This document shows, one piece after another, positions 27,426 through 35,532 of a DNA stretch of 42,118 nt (its first letter is position 1; each line of letters starts with the position of its first letter). Source of the stretch: a virus (Duplodnaviria > Caudoviricetes); the IMG/VR virus record IMGVR_UViG_3300037470_000209, positions 1 to 42,118 of that record; one strand, written 5' to 3'. Below the pieces are notes generated by a model, which did no database searches, was not told the origin of the DNA, and saw nothing but the letters and a program-made list of their open reading frames with translations. The position numbers were made by a program, and so were the translations under genes.

Positions 27426-27530
27426 ATGGAAGCCTCGACGCAAGTCGGCATCGCCATCTGGATCGCCCTGATCCTGATCGTCGCCGTCGCCGCCGGCCTC
27501 GGCTGGCTTGCCTATAGCTGGTTCGTATAG
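27426..27530 (+). CDS. 34-aa single-TM peptide
   Basis: MEASTQVGIAIWIALILIVAVAAGLGWLAYSWFV; AGGT RBS. Confidence 0.6.
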   Translation: MEASTQVGIAIWIALILIVAVAAGLGWLAYSWFV

Positions 27531-27542
27531 GAGTGCCCCGCC

Positions 27543-27653
27543 GTGCCCACGTACACCTTCTGGCTGGCCGTGGCGACCATAGCCGTCGCCCTGGTCATCA
27601 GCTTCGTGATAGCTGCTGGGTTCGGCTGGCAGCCCTTCGGGATGTTCCGATGA
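27543..27653 (+). CDS. 36-aa single-TM peptide
   Basis: AGGAG RBS, GTG start, PTYTFWLAVATIAVALVISFVIAAGFGWQPFGMFR; ATGA coupling. Confidence 0.6.
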   Translation: MPTYTFWLAVATIAVALVISFVIAAGFGWQPFGMFR

Positions 27654-27856
27654 GCCTGCGGAGCGCGGCCGGGGCGGTGCTGCTGTTCTGTGCAGCGCTG
27701 GCGGCCACCGTGGGCGGCATGATCGTATCCGGCTGGCGCTGGGTCGGGCAATTCGTCCGCACGCCTGGGGAGCCGTGGCAGGCCGACGCCAAGCGGGTGG
27801 GGCTGCTGGTGCTGGCCGTAATGGTCGTCGGACTGATCCTCGCCGTGGCGGGCTAG
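27650..27856 (+). CDS. 68-aa 2-TM protein
   Basis: Coupled start; two hydrophobic helices. Confidence 0.6.
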   Translation: MSLRSAAGAVLLFCAALAATVGGMIVSGWRWVGQFVRTPGEPWQADAKRVGLLVLAVMVVGLILAVAG

Positions 27857-27990
27857 CCCCACCCCATCACCGGACCGTACTCGCACGTCGCCAAGGCCAG
27901 CGCCAGGAGCAGGGCCGCTATAGCGAACCCCAGCATGTCTCGGCCAGGGTCGCGGCGAGGGGAGGGCGGCTCGGGAGGTGTGCGGGTCAT
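27853..27990 (-). CDS. 45-aa TM peptide (possible lipoprotein, LATC)
   Basis: MTRTPPEPPSPRRDPGRDMLGFAIAALLLALALATCEYGPVMGWG; stop overlaps the convergent gene. Confidence 0.4.
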   Translation of the reverse strand: MTRTPPEPPSPRRDPGRDMLGFAIAALLLALALATCEYGPVMGWG

Positions 27991-28133
27991 GGGACCTGAT
28001 TTTCCATATCCAGATTATTGCGAATCGTTGAGCGGTACTTGGATCGTTGCTTGACCGGAATGTTGAAGCGTCTACATAATTCCGATTCGGAACCAAGATG
28101 TAGTACTATGTGGCCGGTATGAGACATGGCCCG

Positions 28134-28775
28134 TCAAAAGCTGCCGAGCAACAAAATATCACGCAGGCGCGCTAGGTTAGCAGCGGACTCTGAACGTGAC
28201 TGTTTTTGTGATTCGCATATTGTATAGAGTGGCACGTCACGCTGGTCGCGCAAGATCTGGCATTCACGCAAGATGGTTGCGAACCCTACCCTGCAATATC
28301 TGGCCGCCCATCGCTTAAACGACATTTCATCGATACCAGCATCGGCCGCCATCTCGGCAAGGGGCTTGCCAGACTTCAACGCGTTGATCCGCTTTTGGCG
28401 CTCGTAATCCGAGATGCATCCATTGCGGTTGAACTTGTCGCGGCCCTTCTTAACCATGTCGCGGATGTTGTCCCGCTGGGTCCCGAGGAACAGGTGGGCG
28501 GGGTTGACGCACACCCTGTTGTCGCAGCGGTGTAGGACAAGATTCCCCTTCGGGATCGGCCCGACCCATTCCCGATAGGCGATGCGGTGCGCTGTGGTCG
28601 ACGTGCGGCGGAAGGCATCCTGGAAGGTGATCATTCCGTAGCCGGTGTTGTTAACCGACCCGGTCCACTCCCAACAGCCGCCCTCTACGTAGCGAATTTG
28701 AGCCGTCAGTTTCTCGGCAACGGTCGACCCTTGGCGTCCAGGGGTTCCTCGCTTGGCCTCAGTCTGTAATGGCAT
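28134..28775 (-). CDS. HNH endonuclease (His-Cys/HNH_3 type) with C-terminal extension
   Basis: GCWEWTG...GYG...AHR-AY...G-IP-G--VLHRCDNR-CVNPAHL-LGT--DN--D. Confidence 0.92.
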   Translation of the reverse strand: MPLQTEAKRGTPGRQGSTVAEKLTAQIRYVEGGCWEWTGSVNNTGYGMITFQDAFRRTSTTAHRIAYREWVGPIPKGNLVLHRCDNRVCVNPAHLFLGTQRDNIRDMVKKGRDKFNRNGCISDYERQKRINALKSGKPLAEMAADAGIDEMSFKRWAARYCRVGFATILRECQILRDQRDVPLYTICESQKQSRSESAANLARLRDILLLGSF

Positions 28776-29050
28776 ATCTCGCGGATCTTTCTGTTGGCGC
28801 GCCGGGCTTCCATCTTCAAATGAAACAGTATGGCCCGGTCCTTGATGTCATGCCGATGTGAGTAGTTGTTCAGCATCTCGGCATAGCCGATCAAGACCTG
28901 GGCAACACGGCGCATATTATACACGCTTGTGAACGGGATTTCTAACCTTACGGCCGTCCCGATGATCTTTCTGTCGTACTCGTCAAGATCCTCGGTAACG
29001 AGCTGACGATCCTGTCGCTTTACCAATTCATTCTCCAACGTGCCAACCAT
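28706..29050 (-). CDS. Hypothetical protein
   Basis: AAGGAG RBS; 114 aa. Confidence 0.7.
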   Translation of the reverse strand: MVGTLENELVKRQDRQLVTEDLDEYDRKIIGTAVRLEIPFTSVYNMRRVAQVLIGYAEMLNNYSHRHDIKDRAILFHLKMEARRANRKIREICHYRLRPSEEPLDAKGRPLPRN

Positions 29051-29086
29051 GCGTACTCCTTTCCTGGTCTATGGGGTAGGGGAGGG

Positions 29087-29335
29087 TTACTCGACTCGCT
29101 TCCATGTCAGTGCGTCCGCCAGCATCGGCAGCCCGGCCAGCATGGCGTTTCGGTGATCGCCCGAGTAACCGGCCGCGGGCGCGGTTTCAGGATCGCCGAT
29201 TGCGATGTAGGCGAGCGCCGTGATGCTGCCCTGTCGCGCGAGATCAAGCAGTAGTTCGAGCTGAGCGATGACATCGCCCTGCGGGTCGCGCGGTGGGCTT
29301 GGCGGCGGTGGAACAAGCGTGACGATGTTCCCCAT
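29087..29335 (-). CDS. Hypothetical protein
   Basis: Coupled start; LE-LL-LARQG-I motif. Confidence 0.7.
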   Translation of the reverse strand: MGNIVTLVPPPPSPPRDPQGDVIAQLELLLDLARQGSITALAYIAIGDPETAPAAGYSGDHRNAMLAGLPMLADALTWKRVE

Positions 29336-29694
29336 CACCCGTTCCTCTGCCGCAGGTTGTCGATTGCGCCGGTCCACGCGCTCCGCATCTCCCGGAGGTA
29401 GGCCGCCGGACTTTGATCGAGGCCGTCAGGCATACAGAAGTCGGAATAGCCGCATGCGAGCCTGAGCGATTGCTCATCCCCCTCCCGTATGCCATCCAGC
29501 ACGGCTGAGAGAGCGGCGCGGGCGCTGTATCGGTACTCGACCGCTTGGCATAGCGCGCAAGTCCATGCGCCTTCCGTGCAATCGCCGCTGTGTTTTGTGG
29601 CAGAGAGTATGGCGGTGGGATTGCCGCCATCATCGGCAAGGATCAATGCTGCCGCCACCCGTTCGACCAGCGCCTCGATGTATGGGTCACTCAT
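29335..29694 (-). CDS. Hypothetical protein
   Basis: Tight operon packing; HSGDCT----C--C motif. Confidence 0.7.
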   Translation of the reverse strand: MSDPYIEALVERVAAALILADDGGNPTAILSATKHSGDCTEGAWTCALCQAVEYRYSARAALSAVLDGIREGDEQSLRLACGYSDFCMPDGLDQSPAAYLREMRSAWTGAIDNLRQRNG

Positions 29695-29902
29695 CGGGCG
29701 TCTCCGCTGTGGTGTGGGTGGCGCGCCTTGATTTGCCCGTCATGATGTTGCCGCCTCCGTTGCGCCAGCCGATGATCCAAGCGTTGCGCGACCACGGGCC
29801 TTGGTACGGGCAATCGTCCACGGTCTTTCCGAGGCCCGCCGCTGCGTAGCCCTCGTCAAGCATCGCCTGATCGCGTTTGCTGTTCTTCCGTCGCCCGCTC
29901 AT
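29687..29902 (-). CDS. Rmf/CrpP-fold (ribosome modulation factor-like) protein
   Basis: EGYAAAGLGKTVDDCPYQGPWSRNAWIIGWRNG resembles RMF GY-AG--G-----CPY-----R--W--GWR. Confidence 0.75.
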   Translation of the reverse strand: MSGRRKNSKRDQAMLDEGYAAAGLGKTVDDCPYQGPWSRNAWIIGWRNGGGNIMTGKSRRATHTTAETPDE

Positions 29903-30207
29903 GTCCCCTCCTTGCCGATGGCGCGGATGGCTTTAGCGAGACTTTCGGCATCGGTCGCACGGGTTTCTAGCGCTGCAAGTTCGTTTGTCGAAGCACCCCG
30001 GAAGCGCCTCGCCTCCAACACCCCGCGCACGTCCTCTACGCGCTTGTCGCATTTCAGCGCAGCCTGCTCCCGGCCCCGCGCCTCGGCATCGGCCAGGGCG
30101 GTGGCGACGGCCCTCTCAAAGGCTGCGATATGTTCCATATTCTCCAGCCCTACTCCGGTTAACACGCGCAACTCCCGAGCCCGTGCCATGTGGTCCACGG
30201 TGGTCAT
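29899..30207 (-). CDS. Hypothetical protein
   Basis: ATGA coupling on both sides. Confidence 0.65.
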   Translation of the reverse strand: MTTVDHMARARELRVLTGVGLENMEHIAAFERAVATALADAEARGREQAALKCDKRVEDVRGVLEARRFRGASTNELAALETRATDAESLAKAIRAIGKEGT

Positions 30208-30410
30208 GGCATGCGCTTCAAGCACAGCGACTCAATGACGTTCTTGCCCGCTGCCGTCAGGATGTTCCACCCCTCGACGCGCGTAACCCAGCCGTTCGCC
30301 ACGAACACGTCACGGCAGGATTTTCCGATCAGGTCGCCATCCTGAACCGGCCGCTCCGCGATCTGGAGCAGTGTGTCCAGCGGGCCTTCATTGCTGTAGA
30401 ATTGTCTCAT
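30204..30410 (-). CDS. Hypothetical small winged-helix-like protein
   Basis: P--DGDL--KS-RD-----GW...LT-AG motif; coupled. Confidence 0.65.
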   Translation of the reverse strand: MRQFYSNEGPLDTLLQIAERPVQDGDLIGKSCRDVFVANGWVTRVEGWNILTAAGKNVIESLCLKRMP

Positions 30411-30694
30411 TCCGTCACCTCTTGCTTCTCGGGTGTGGGGAGGAGGCCGCGCGCCTTGCGGATGATCGGCTGATGCGCCCCAGCATCTGTAAGCATCGGA
30501 GCTACAGCAGCGATCATCTCCACCAACGCCTCACGCGCGGCCAGAAGCTCGGCTGCGAGGGCTGGGGTCAGGTGTCCGGCTTTCTTAATCTCCCGCAGGC
30601 TTTCCGTCACTGTGAATGAGCGAAGCTCGTGGAACCGCTTCTTTAGCGCCACCAACTCTTCCAGGCGTGCGGTCGGGGTTGGGATTGGGGTCAT
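30407..30694 (-). CDS. Hypothetical protein
   Basis: Coupled; RBS. Confidence 0.6.
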   Translation of the reverse strand: MTPIPTPTARLEELVALKKRFHELRSFTVTESLREIKKAGHLTPALAAELLAAREALVEMIAAVAPMLTDAGAHQPIIRKARGLLPTPEKQEVTE

Positions 30695-30883
30695 CTACTT
30701 GTTCTCCAGGGCGGCGAGTTGGTCTCGGATGGAATTCGCACTCCGCAATGCTGCAAGCGCGTTTCCAATGTCCCCACGCAGGTAGGCGAGTTCTTCGATT
30801 GCATTGAAGTGACGCAGGTCCGCCAGCAATCGCCGCCTTTCCTCTACCGATGGCGTGTCCGGGGTTGTTATCGGGTGCCCCAC
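30695..30883 (-). CDS. Hypothetical protein
   Basis: GGAGG RBS, GTG start, abuts the next gene. Confidence 0.55.
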   Translation of the reverse strand: MGHPITTPDTPSVEERRRLLADLRHFNAIEELAYLRGDIGNALAALRSANSIRDQLAALENK

Positions 30884-31050
30884 TCCTCCGGCGGGTCGAT
30901 CGTCATCGTGTATTTACAACATTTCGGCCAGCCGTCGCGTAAGCCGTTCCGGCCCTCCATGGATTCCTCACGGCCACAAGTGCGGCACCAGACCTTGCGC
31001 GCGGCGAGCTTCGGGTGGCATTCAATCAGCTTGTCGTGAATCATGGTCAT
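30868..31050 (-). CDS. Small Zn-ribbon protein
   Basis: VWCRTCGR...GWPKCC-YTMT motif. Confidence 0.7.
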   Translation of the reverse strand: MTMIHDKLIECHPKLAARKVWCRTCGREESMEGRNGLRDGWPKCCKYTMTIDPPEEWGTR

Positions 31051-31409
31051 CGCCTCAGCTTCTCCTCTGCTCTGCGTACAGCCTGGGGGTTGGATTGCCG
31101 GAAGGCTTCCCAAAAGCCCCTGGCAATGGCCTTCGTGTCGAGCCTGTATTTCTCAGCGAATGACGCCTCTCCCCGATGCTGCTCGGCATGATGTGTTGCA
31201 CAAAGGCTGATAACCCAGCAGTCCGAGGGCTTGAGCGAGGTTCCGCCGTCTGTCCCGATCCTGATATGCGCCGCTTCCGTTGGTCGCTCCATGCAGTCGT
31301 AAACCGTGCAGGCGAATGAGCGCACAAACTTGAGATGTGCCGGACAACGCAACCGGCCTTCACGGCGGGGCTTGGGGTGGACCAGACGGGGCGGGAGGTT
31401 AACGTTCAT
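31047..31409 (-). CDS. DUF968-like putative HNH nuclease / DNA-binding protein
   Basis: HLKFVRS--C--C...AAHIR-G--GG---KPSD-W---LC--HH-EQH. Confidence 0.85.
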   Translation of the reverse strand: MNVNLPPRLVHPKPRREGRLRCPAHLKFVRSFACTVYDCMERPTEAAHIRIGTDGGTSLKPSDCWVISLCATHHAEQHRGEASFAEKYRLDTKAIARGFWEAFRQSNPQAVRRAEEKLRR

Positions 31410-31897
31410 GGCGTCCACGTCTCCCGCCCGCTCGCCTTGCGGAATTGCGCATATAGATTTTGAAACATCTCCGCATAGGCGCCGTCCGTATCGAGCTGCC
31501 GGCGGGATGCGATGCCCAGGTCATTGCGGAGCATGTCGGCCGTTACCTCGGCCCGATTTTCCCCCTCTGCCCATGGGACATTGTTGTGCAACTGCCGCTG
31601 CCGCATCCATTCCTGAAACACCGGATCGTCGCAGAGGATTCCTGCCTGTGCAGACGGCCGTAGCTCATGAAATGCCCGCCGCTCCTTCTGCGGAGCTTCC
31701 TGGGAAGCCGTCTTGTCGATCCGCGCCACGCCGACCCACACGGGAAGATCGGGCCTGGGCAGTCCTCCCAGCACGGCTAGGGCCTCTTCGGCATTCTCTT
31801 GCGCCACTTCCAGGATTATCTGGACCATCTTGCGGCCCTTCACGATGCGGAGGTCAGAGTAGGTCGCAATGAAGGCTTGGCCGTTTTCAGGCGACAT
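31406..31897 (-). CDS. Hypothetical phage protein
   Basis: AGILC-DP-F--W...GI-SR--L motif. Confidence 0.75.
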   Translation of the reverse strand: MSPENGQAFIATYSDLRIVKGRKMVQIILEVAQENAEEALAVLGGLPRPDLPVWVGVARIDKTASQEAPQKERRAFHELRPSAQAGILCDDPVFQEWMRQRQLHNNVPWAEGENRAEVTADMLRNDLGIASRRQLDTDGAYAEMFQNLYAQFRKASGRETWTP

Positions 31898-32354
31898 AGC
31901 GGCGCATCCAATTTTTGTTGTGCTCTAGCTTGCAAATTCGGCAGTGACGTTGCCCGGTTTTCGGCCAGATGTAGGTGTTTTCTGCGCTGTACTCATGTCC
32001 GGCCGGGCAGTGCGTTTTGGACCTGTGGATTATTCCGGTGTCTCCGCGCTTGATGTTCTCGGCGGGGGTGACCGGCTCTAGGTGGGCCGGGTTTACGCAG
32101 GCGCGGTTCCGGCACAGATGGTCGATGTATAGCCCTGCCGGTATCGGTCCGCGGAACAGCTCATAAACGGCCCGATGCGCCCCCACGGACTTTCCGTTGA
32201 CGGTGACCTTGCCGTAACCGTTCTTTTGGATGTTGCTGAGCCATATCCAGCATCCGCTTGCTGCATCCAGCATAACAAATTTATGCAGCCGGTCTGCTAA
32301 CGGCTCTCGCGGGCGGCCTATGCGAGCATTTGCAATTCGTCTGTTGCGCGTCAT
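31887..32354 (-). CDS. HNH endonuclease with C-terminal Cys/His Zn module
   Basis: GCWIW...GYG...AHR-VYE...[36 protein letters not shown]...RHCRIC. Confidence 0.93.
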   Translation of the reverse strand: [155 protein letters not shown]

Positions 32355-32506
32355 GCCGCGTGCCCCCGGATCAAGTCGTTTGCCCACTTCTCCCAATCGC
32401 TCGCGCGCTTGTTGGCCTCTAGCAACTCCGCCTGCAAAACCTCGCACCGTTTCAGGAGGTACCGGTTCTCCCTGCGGGCGGCCTCAAGCGCGGCGAGGCA
32501 GTCCAT
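32351..32506 (-). CDS. Small coiled-coil protein
   Basis: Coupled on both sides. Confidence 0.55.
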   Translation of the reverse strand: MDCLAALEAARRENRYLLKRCEVLQAELLEANKRASDWEKWANDLIRGHAA

Positions 32507-33186
32507 CACGCTGCGCCCAAGATCGTGTTGTTGTCGGGCAGCCCTTCGGCCTTCTCCGTCATCGCGTCCTGCAACACCTTCACATCGGCTTGTGTCAGCC
32601 CCGCAGCGCGGCGAGCGCCGGCCTCGGCCTTCCACCAGTCGCGCAAGTTCTGCTTGGTCAGGGCGACGGAGATGATGTCCTTGGCGGCGGACATATAGAG
32701 CGCCTGCCCTAGCACTTCCCTCAATTCGCCAGTATCGAGTGGCTTATGCCCCCGCAGGATCGCCTGCAGACGGGTCTTCTCCCTGTCCGGGATCTTGAAG
32801 CTCCGACCGGCCGGCTCCAGTTCAACCCACGGGGTGTCCAGGTCATAGAGATACCGGCCGATGCCCCAATTGACGGCGGCGCGCTTGAACGAATCCGAGA
32901 GCGATCCCTTTTCCGCCTCAACGTCGGTATCTCCGGCGCCGTCTGCCTTCCACACCCACTCATCGCCAAGCTTGATTCCGATCTCACAGATGACCGTCTT
33001 GCCGGCATGCTCTGGGTGGCGACGGCTCCATGAGTGCGCACCGCAGACCTCGTCAAGCCTGTCCATGACATCGCGAGCATCTATATATGCAAGCGCCATG
33101 CCGCGTTTCTTGTCCTGCGTCGTCGAGCCCACGCGCCATGAGACACGCTCGGGAGCGAAGGGCTTGGCAAGATCAGCTAGTTTCAT
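32506..33186 (-). CDS. sak: Sak/Rad52-like single-strand annealing recombinase
   Basis: L--PF----VSWR...LAYIDAR-VM-RLDEVCG...K-D-------EA-KG--SDSFKRAAV-WGIGRYLY. Confidence 0.92.
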   Translation of the reverse strand: MKLADLAKPFAPERVSWRVGSTTQDKKRGMALAYIDARDVMDRLDEVCGAHSWSRRHPEHAGKTVICEIGIKLGDEWVWKADGAGDTDVEAEKGSLSDSFKRAAVNWGIGRYLYDLDTPWVELEPAGRSFKIPDREKTRLQAILRGHKPLDTGELREVLGQALYMSAAKDIISVALTKQNLRDWWKAEAGARRAAGLTQADVKVLQDAMTEKAEGLPDNNTILGAA

Positions 33187-33412
33187 CGGACGTTCCCTTC
33201 GGATGCAGAGTGTTCGGGCCTTCTGTATAATCGGGACAGTCGCCGTCATTGATGTAACGGCAGAGCTTGTAAGGCTCCTCTACCCCGCCCGTGACGTAGT
33301 TCGGACGGGCCTCGGTTCGGTTTGCAAAGCATTGCCAGCGATACCAAGCGTCTGATTTGTTGACGATGATGAGGTTGACGCAGGAGCAGCAGAAGGTCGG
33401 TCGATCAACCAC
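33173..33412 (-). CDS. Cys-rich hypothetical protein
   Basis: C--C...W-C...VTG-----Y--C--IN-G-CP-Y motif. Confidence 0.7.
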   Translation of the reverse strand: MVDRPTFCCSCVNLIIVNKSDAWYRWQCFANRTEARPNYVTGGVEEPYKLCRYINDGDCPDYTEGPNTLHPKGTSDETS

Positions 33413-33567
33413 TGAATTCTCTCCCGCAAATCAATGAGGTCCGCCCGTATATCGTCCGTCACCACATAGGAGTCCCGGACTGCCCAGAGGTTGCGCAGAT
33501 GCGACAGGGTGGTCATGACGCGCACGTGCATCCATTCCTTGTGCCGGGCGTATTGGGCGGGGGTCAT
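33280..33567 (-). CDS. Hypothetical protein
   Basis: AGGTG RBS; its 3' part overlaps the next gene. Confidence 0.5.
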   Translation of the reverse strand: MTPAQYARHKEWMHVRVMTTLSHLRNLWAVRDSYVVTDDIRADLIDLRERIQWLIDRPSAAPASTSSSSTNQTLGIAGNALQTEPRPVRTTSRAG

Positions 33568-33571
33568 GGTT

Positions 33572-33745
33572 TCACCTGTCTGCATGTTCCGGGCAAAGCG
33601 TTTCCCATTCCTCGATGGTCAAATAGCTGTCCGGCGTCAGGAGGTTTCGGACGGCCCTTGGAGATGCGTTCTCATGGAAGCAATTCAGCGCAATGAATCT
33701 GCCGCAGACATTGCACCGGTTCCAAAGCCTGTCCTCCATGGTCAT
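33572..33745 (-). CDS. 57-aa Zn-binding hypothetical protein
   Basis: WNRCNVCGRFI...TPDS----E--ETLCP-H; ATGA coupling. Confidence 0.6.
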   Translation of the reverse strand: MTMEDRLWNRCNVCGRFIALNCFHENASPRAVRNLLTPDSYLTIEEWETLCPEHADR

Positions 33746-33888
33746 AACAGTGCCGACCTCCGCTCAGCCGCCGCCATGCCCACGGCGAGGAGGCGGGAGC
33801 GGGTTTCGGGGCTTAGGGCTGGCTTGTCCACCGGGGCGACGCGGTACTCGATCCGGCGGCCGAACAGCCATGCGATGAGGCGGCGCAT
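33742..33888 (-). CDS. 48-aa hypothetical protein
   Basis: MRRLIAWLFGRR...; fills the gap and is coupled. Confidence 0.55.
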   Translation of the reverse strand: MRRLIAWLFGRRIEYRVAPVDKPALSPETRSRLLAVGMAAAERRSALL

Positions 33889-33889
33889 G

Positions 33890-34069
33890 TCAGGAGCCCT
33901 CCGGTGTGGCGCCAGTGCCGCTACAGACCGGGCACATGATGGGCTTTACGATGCCCATGATGACGGCGGCCGCACTTTGGAGCGGTAGAGAGGTCCATGC
34001 GGTCCAGGGTTCGCCATCATCGGAATCAGCGATCTTCCCGCAGCCGTCGCATCGCGTACATTTAGCCAT
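33890..34069 (-). CDS. DnaJ-type Zn-finger mini-protein
   Basis: CTRCDGCG...CPVCSGTG; AGGAGG RBS. Confidence 0.75.
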   Translation of the reverse strand: MAKCTRCDGCGKIADSDDGEPWTAWTSLPLQSAAAVIMGIVKPIMCPVCSGTGATPEGS

Positions 34070-34201
34070 CTCATCCTCCTGAAAGGTCCCGGTCGGCGGT
34101 TCCACGCACCGGCCGGGCTGTCCACCTTGTCCAACCTCTAGACTCGTTCTCCCTTTCGTGCGCTGTGTTGCGCTCAATGCCCGTGAGCGCGTCGGGTAGA
34201 G

Positions 34202-34303
34202 TGGCGGGGGCCGGGGCGATTAACTCCCGGCATCTTTTCCAATTCAGGGGGTATCGGTTTTAGGCCGTCCTCCCGCACGTTTTCACTCCCGTGCTGCCCC
34301 GCC
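34202..34303 (-). ncRNA. Non-canonical tRNA-like element
   Basis: 7-bp acceptor stem GGCGGGG/CCCCGCC+A, D-like stem GCACG/CGUGC, 7-nt loop CCUAAAA, T-like stem GCCGGG/CCCGGC without UUCR; preceded by a C(UUCG)G hairpin at 34304-34320. Confidence 0.55.
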
Positions 34304-34321
34304 TCCGGCCGAAGCCGGAAC

Positions 34322-34417
34322 TCAACTCAGTATCAGCGGCCACCAGTTTCTAACGACGCCCAAATGGTAAATGAACGTGCCGATCACGGCGCCGAAGAAA
34401 GCCCATTTCCAGTTCAT
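34322..34417 (-). CDS. 31-aa hydrophobic peptide
   Basis: MNWKWAFFGAVIGTFIYHLGVVRNWWPLILS. Confidence 0.45.
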   Translation of the reverse strand: MNWKWAFFGAVIGTFIYHLGVVRNWWPLILS

Positions 34418-34421
34418 CGCC

Positions 34422-34544
34422 CTACCCCCACACCAGCACCGCCAGCCCTACCGCAGTCGGGGCCAGCATGAACGCCAAGCACACCCGCCAGCTATACGGC
34501 TCTATGTGACGGGGAGGGGTGTGGATGAGGTCATTGATACGCAT
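34422..34544 (-). CDS. 40-aa peptide with C-terminal TM
   Basis: MRINDLIH...VCLAFMLAPTAVGLAVLVWG. Confidence 0.45.
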   Translation of the reverse strand: MRINDLIHTPPRHIEPYSWRVCLAFMLAPTAVGLAVLVWG

Positions 34545-34549
34545 GGTGT

Positions 34550-35074
34550 TCACCCGAACAGCCGACCAAGAAGGCCGCAGAAACCGCCCTCATAAACGCT
34601 CACTTCGGGCTCGCGGCCGAGCAACCGGCGGATCAGCTTCTGATGCCTCGGCTTGTTCCAGGCGGCAGCGACTTCCCGATGAAAACCCTCACCGCTCTGT
34701 TCCCGGTTATCGTGATGCGCCATTGCACACTCGTAGGGCTTCCCCAGGTCATGAACGGCACAGAGGCCGTTGATCAACCATGCACAGCGCCCATCGGGAT
34801 TGCCGGGATATTCTGTGCCGCCGTCCTTCCACCCCAGGCGCGGCGCGAGAACGAAGATCGGCTCTTCATTGCCGAGTTCGTCTTCGGGCTCCCACCAGTC
34901 AACGCCGAGATCGGCGTCAAATAGCTCTTGCAGCTTTACGCCCTTCGCCCTGGCAAGCTTCTCCGCTTCGCCGGGCATGAACCAACCCGGATGGCTGTTG
35001 CAGGCTTCAACGCAGAGTTCACACTTGCAGTCGGCAGGCCGGGGAGGGCGGGCCGTCCAGTCGGTGAGGGTCAT
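34550..35074 (-). CDS. YkgJ-like cysteine-cluster (Fe-S/Zn) protein
   Basis: CKCELCVEAC--PG...C-WL-NGLC-VH--GKPYEC. Confidence 0.75.
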   Translation of the reverse strand: MTLTDWTARPPRPADCKCELCVEACNSHPGWFMPGEAEKLARAKGVKLQELFDADLGVDWWEPEDELGNEEPIFVLAPRLGWKDGGTEYPGNPDGRCAWLINGLCAVHDLGKPYECAMAHHDNREQSGEGFHREVAAAWNKPRHQKLIRRLLGREPEVSVYEGGFCGLLGRLFG

Positions 35075-35328
35075 GTGGTGGGCTCCTTGATAGCTAGACG
35101 GGCTGTGTCACACGCATAGCCCATGTCGCGGATCATCGCGTCGAGTGTTCTGTTGCCTGGGCTCAGGATGCGATTGATGCCAGCCAGCGCCTCCCGCAGC
35201 CGCTCGATCTCACTGACAGCTTCATCGGCAAGATTTGCGGCAATGCCGGACTCTGCGCAACCGCGGTCCAGGCTTCGGCCGCTGAGGCGCATGGCCTCTT
35301 CTTGTAGCCGCTCCACGATGTCCCTCAT
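35071..35328 (-). CDS. Hypothetical protein
   Basis: MRDIVERL...EA--EIERLR motif typical of small phage genes. Confidence 0.7.
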   Translation of the reverse strand: MRDIVERLQEEAMRLSGRSLDRGCAESGIAANLADEAVSEIERLREALAGINRILSPGNRTLDAMIRDMGYACDTARLAIKEPTT

Positions 35329-35531
35329 GACTTGCCCCCGGTGAGATTGGCGAGCTGGCGGTGGAGGCGCATAGCGGCGCCGGTCCATCGTTCGGCGGCT
35401 CCAAAATCGCCGCGCAGCCAGCAATAGCGGGCGGAGTTTTCAGCATCGGTAATCGCCCGTTCCTTCTCGGCCCGCATATCCGCCTCGCTCCGCAGGGGCT
35501 CTCCGCCGTGCATATGCCGGTCGAGTGCCAT
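35325..35531 (-). CDS. Hypothetical protein
   Basis: Coupled. Confidence 0.6.
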   Translation of the reverse strand: MALDRHMHGGEPLRSEADMRAEKERAITDAENSARYCWLRGDFGAAERWTGAAMRLHRQLANLTGGKS

Positions 35532-35532
35532 G

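Noticed and set aside
34202-34303. Canonical tRNA-Leu(UAA) or amber suppressor
   Set aside because: It lacks U8, U33 and the GUUCRA T-loop, so it is reported only as tRNA-like
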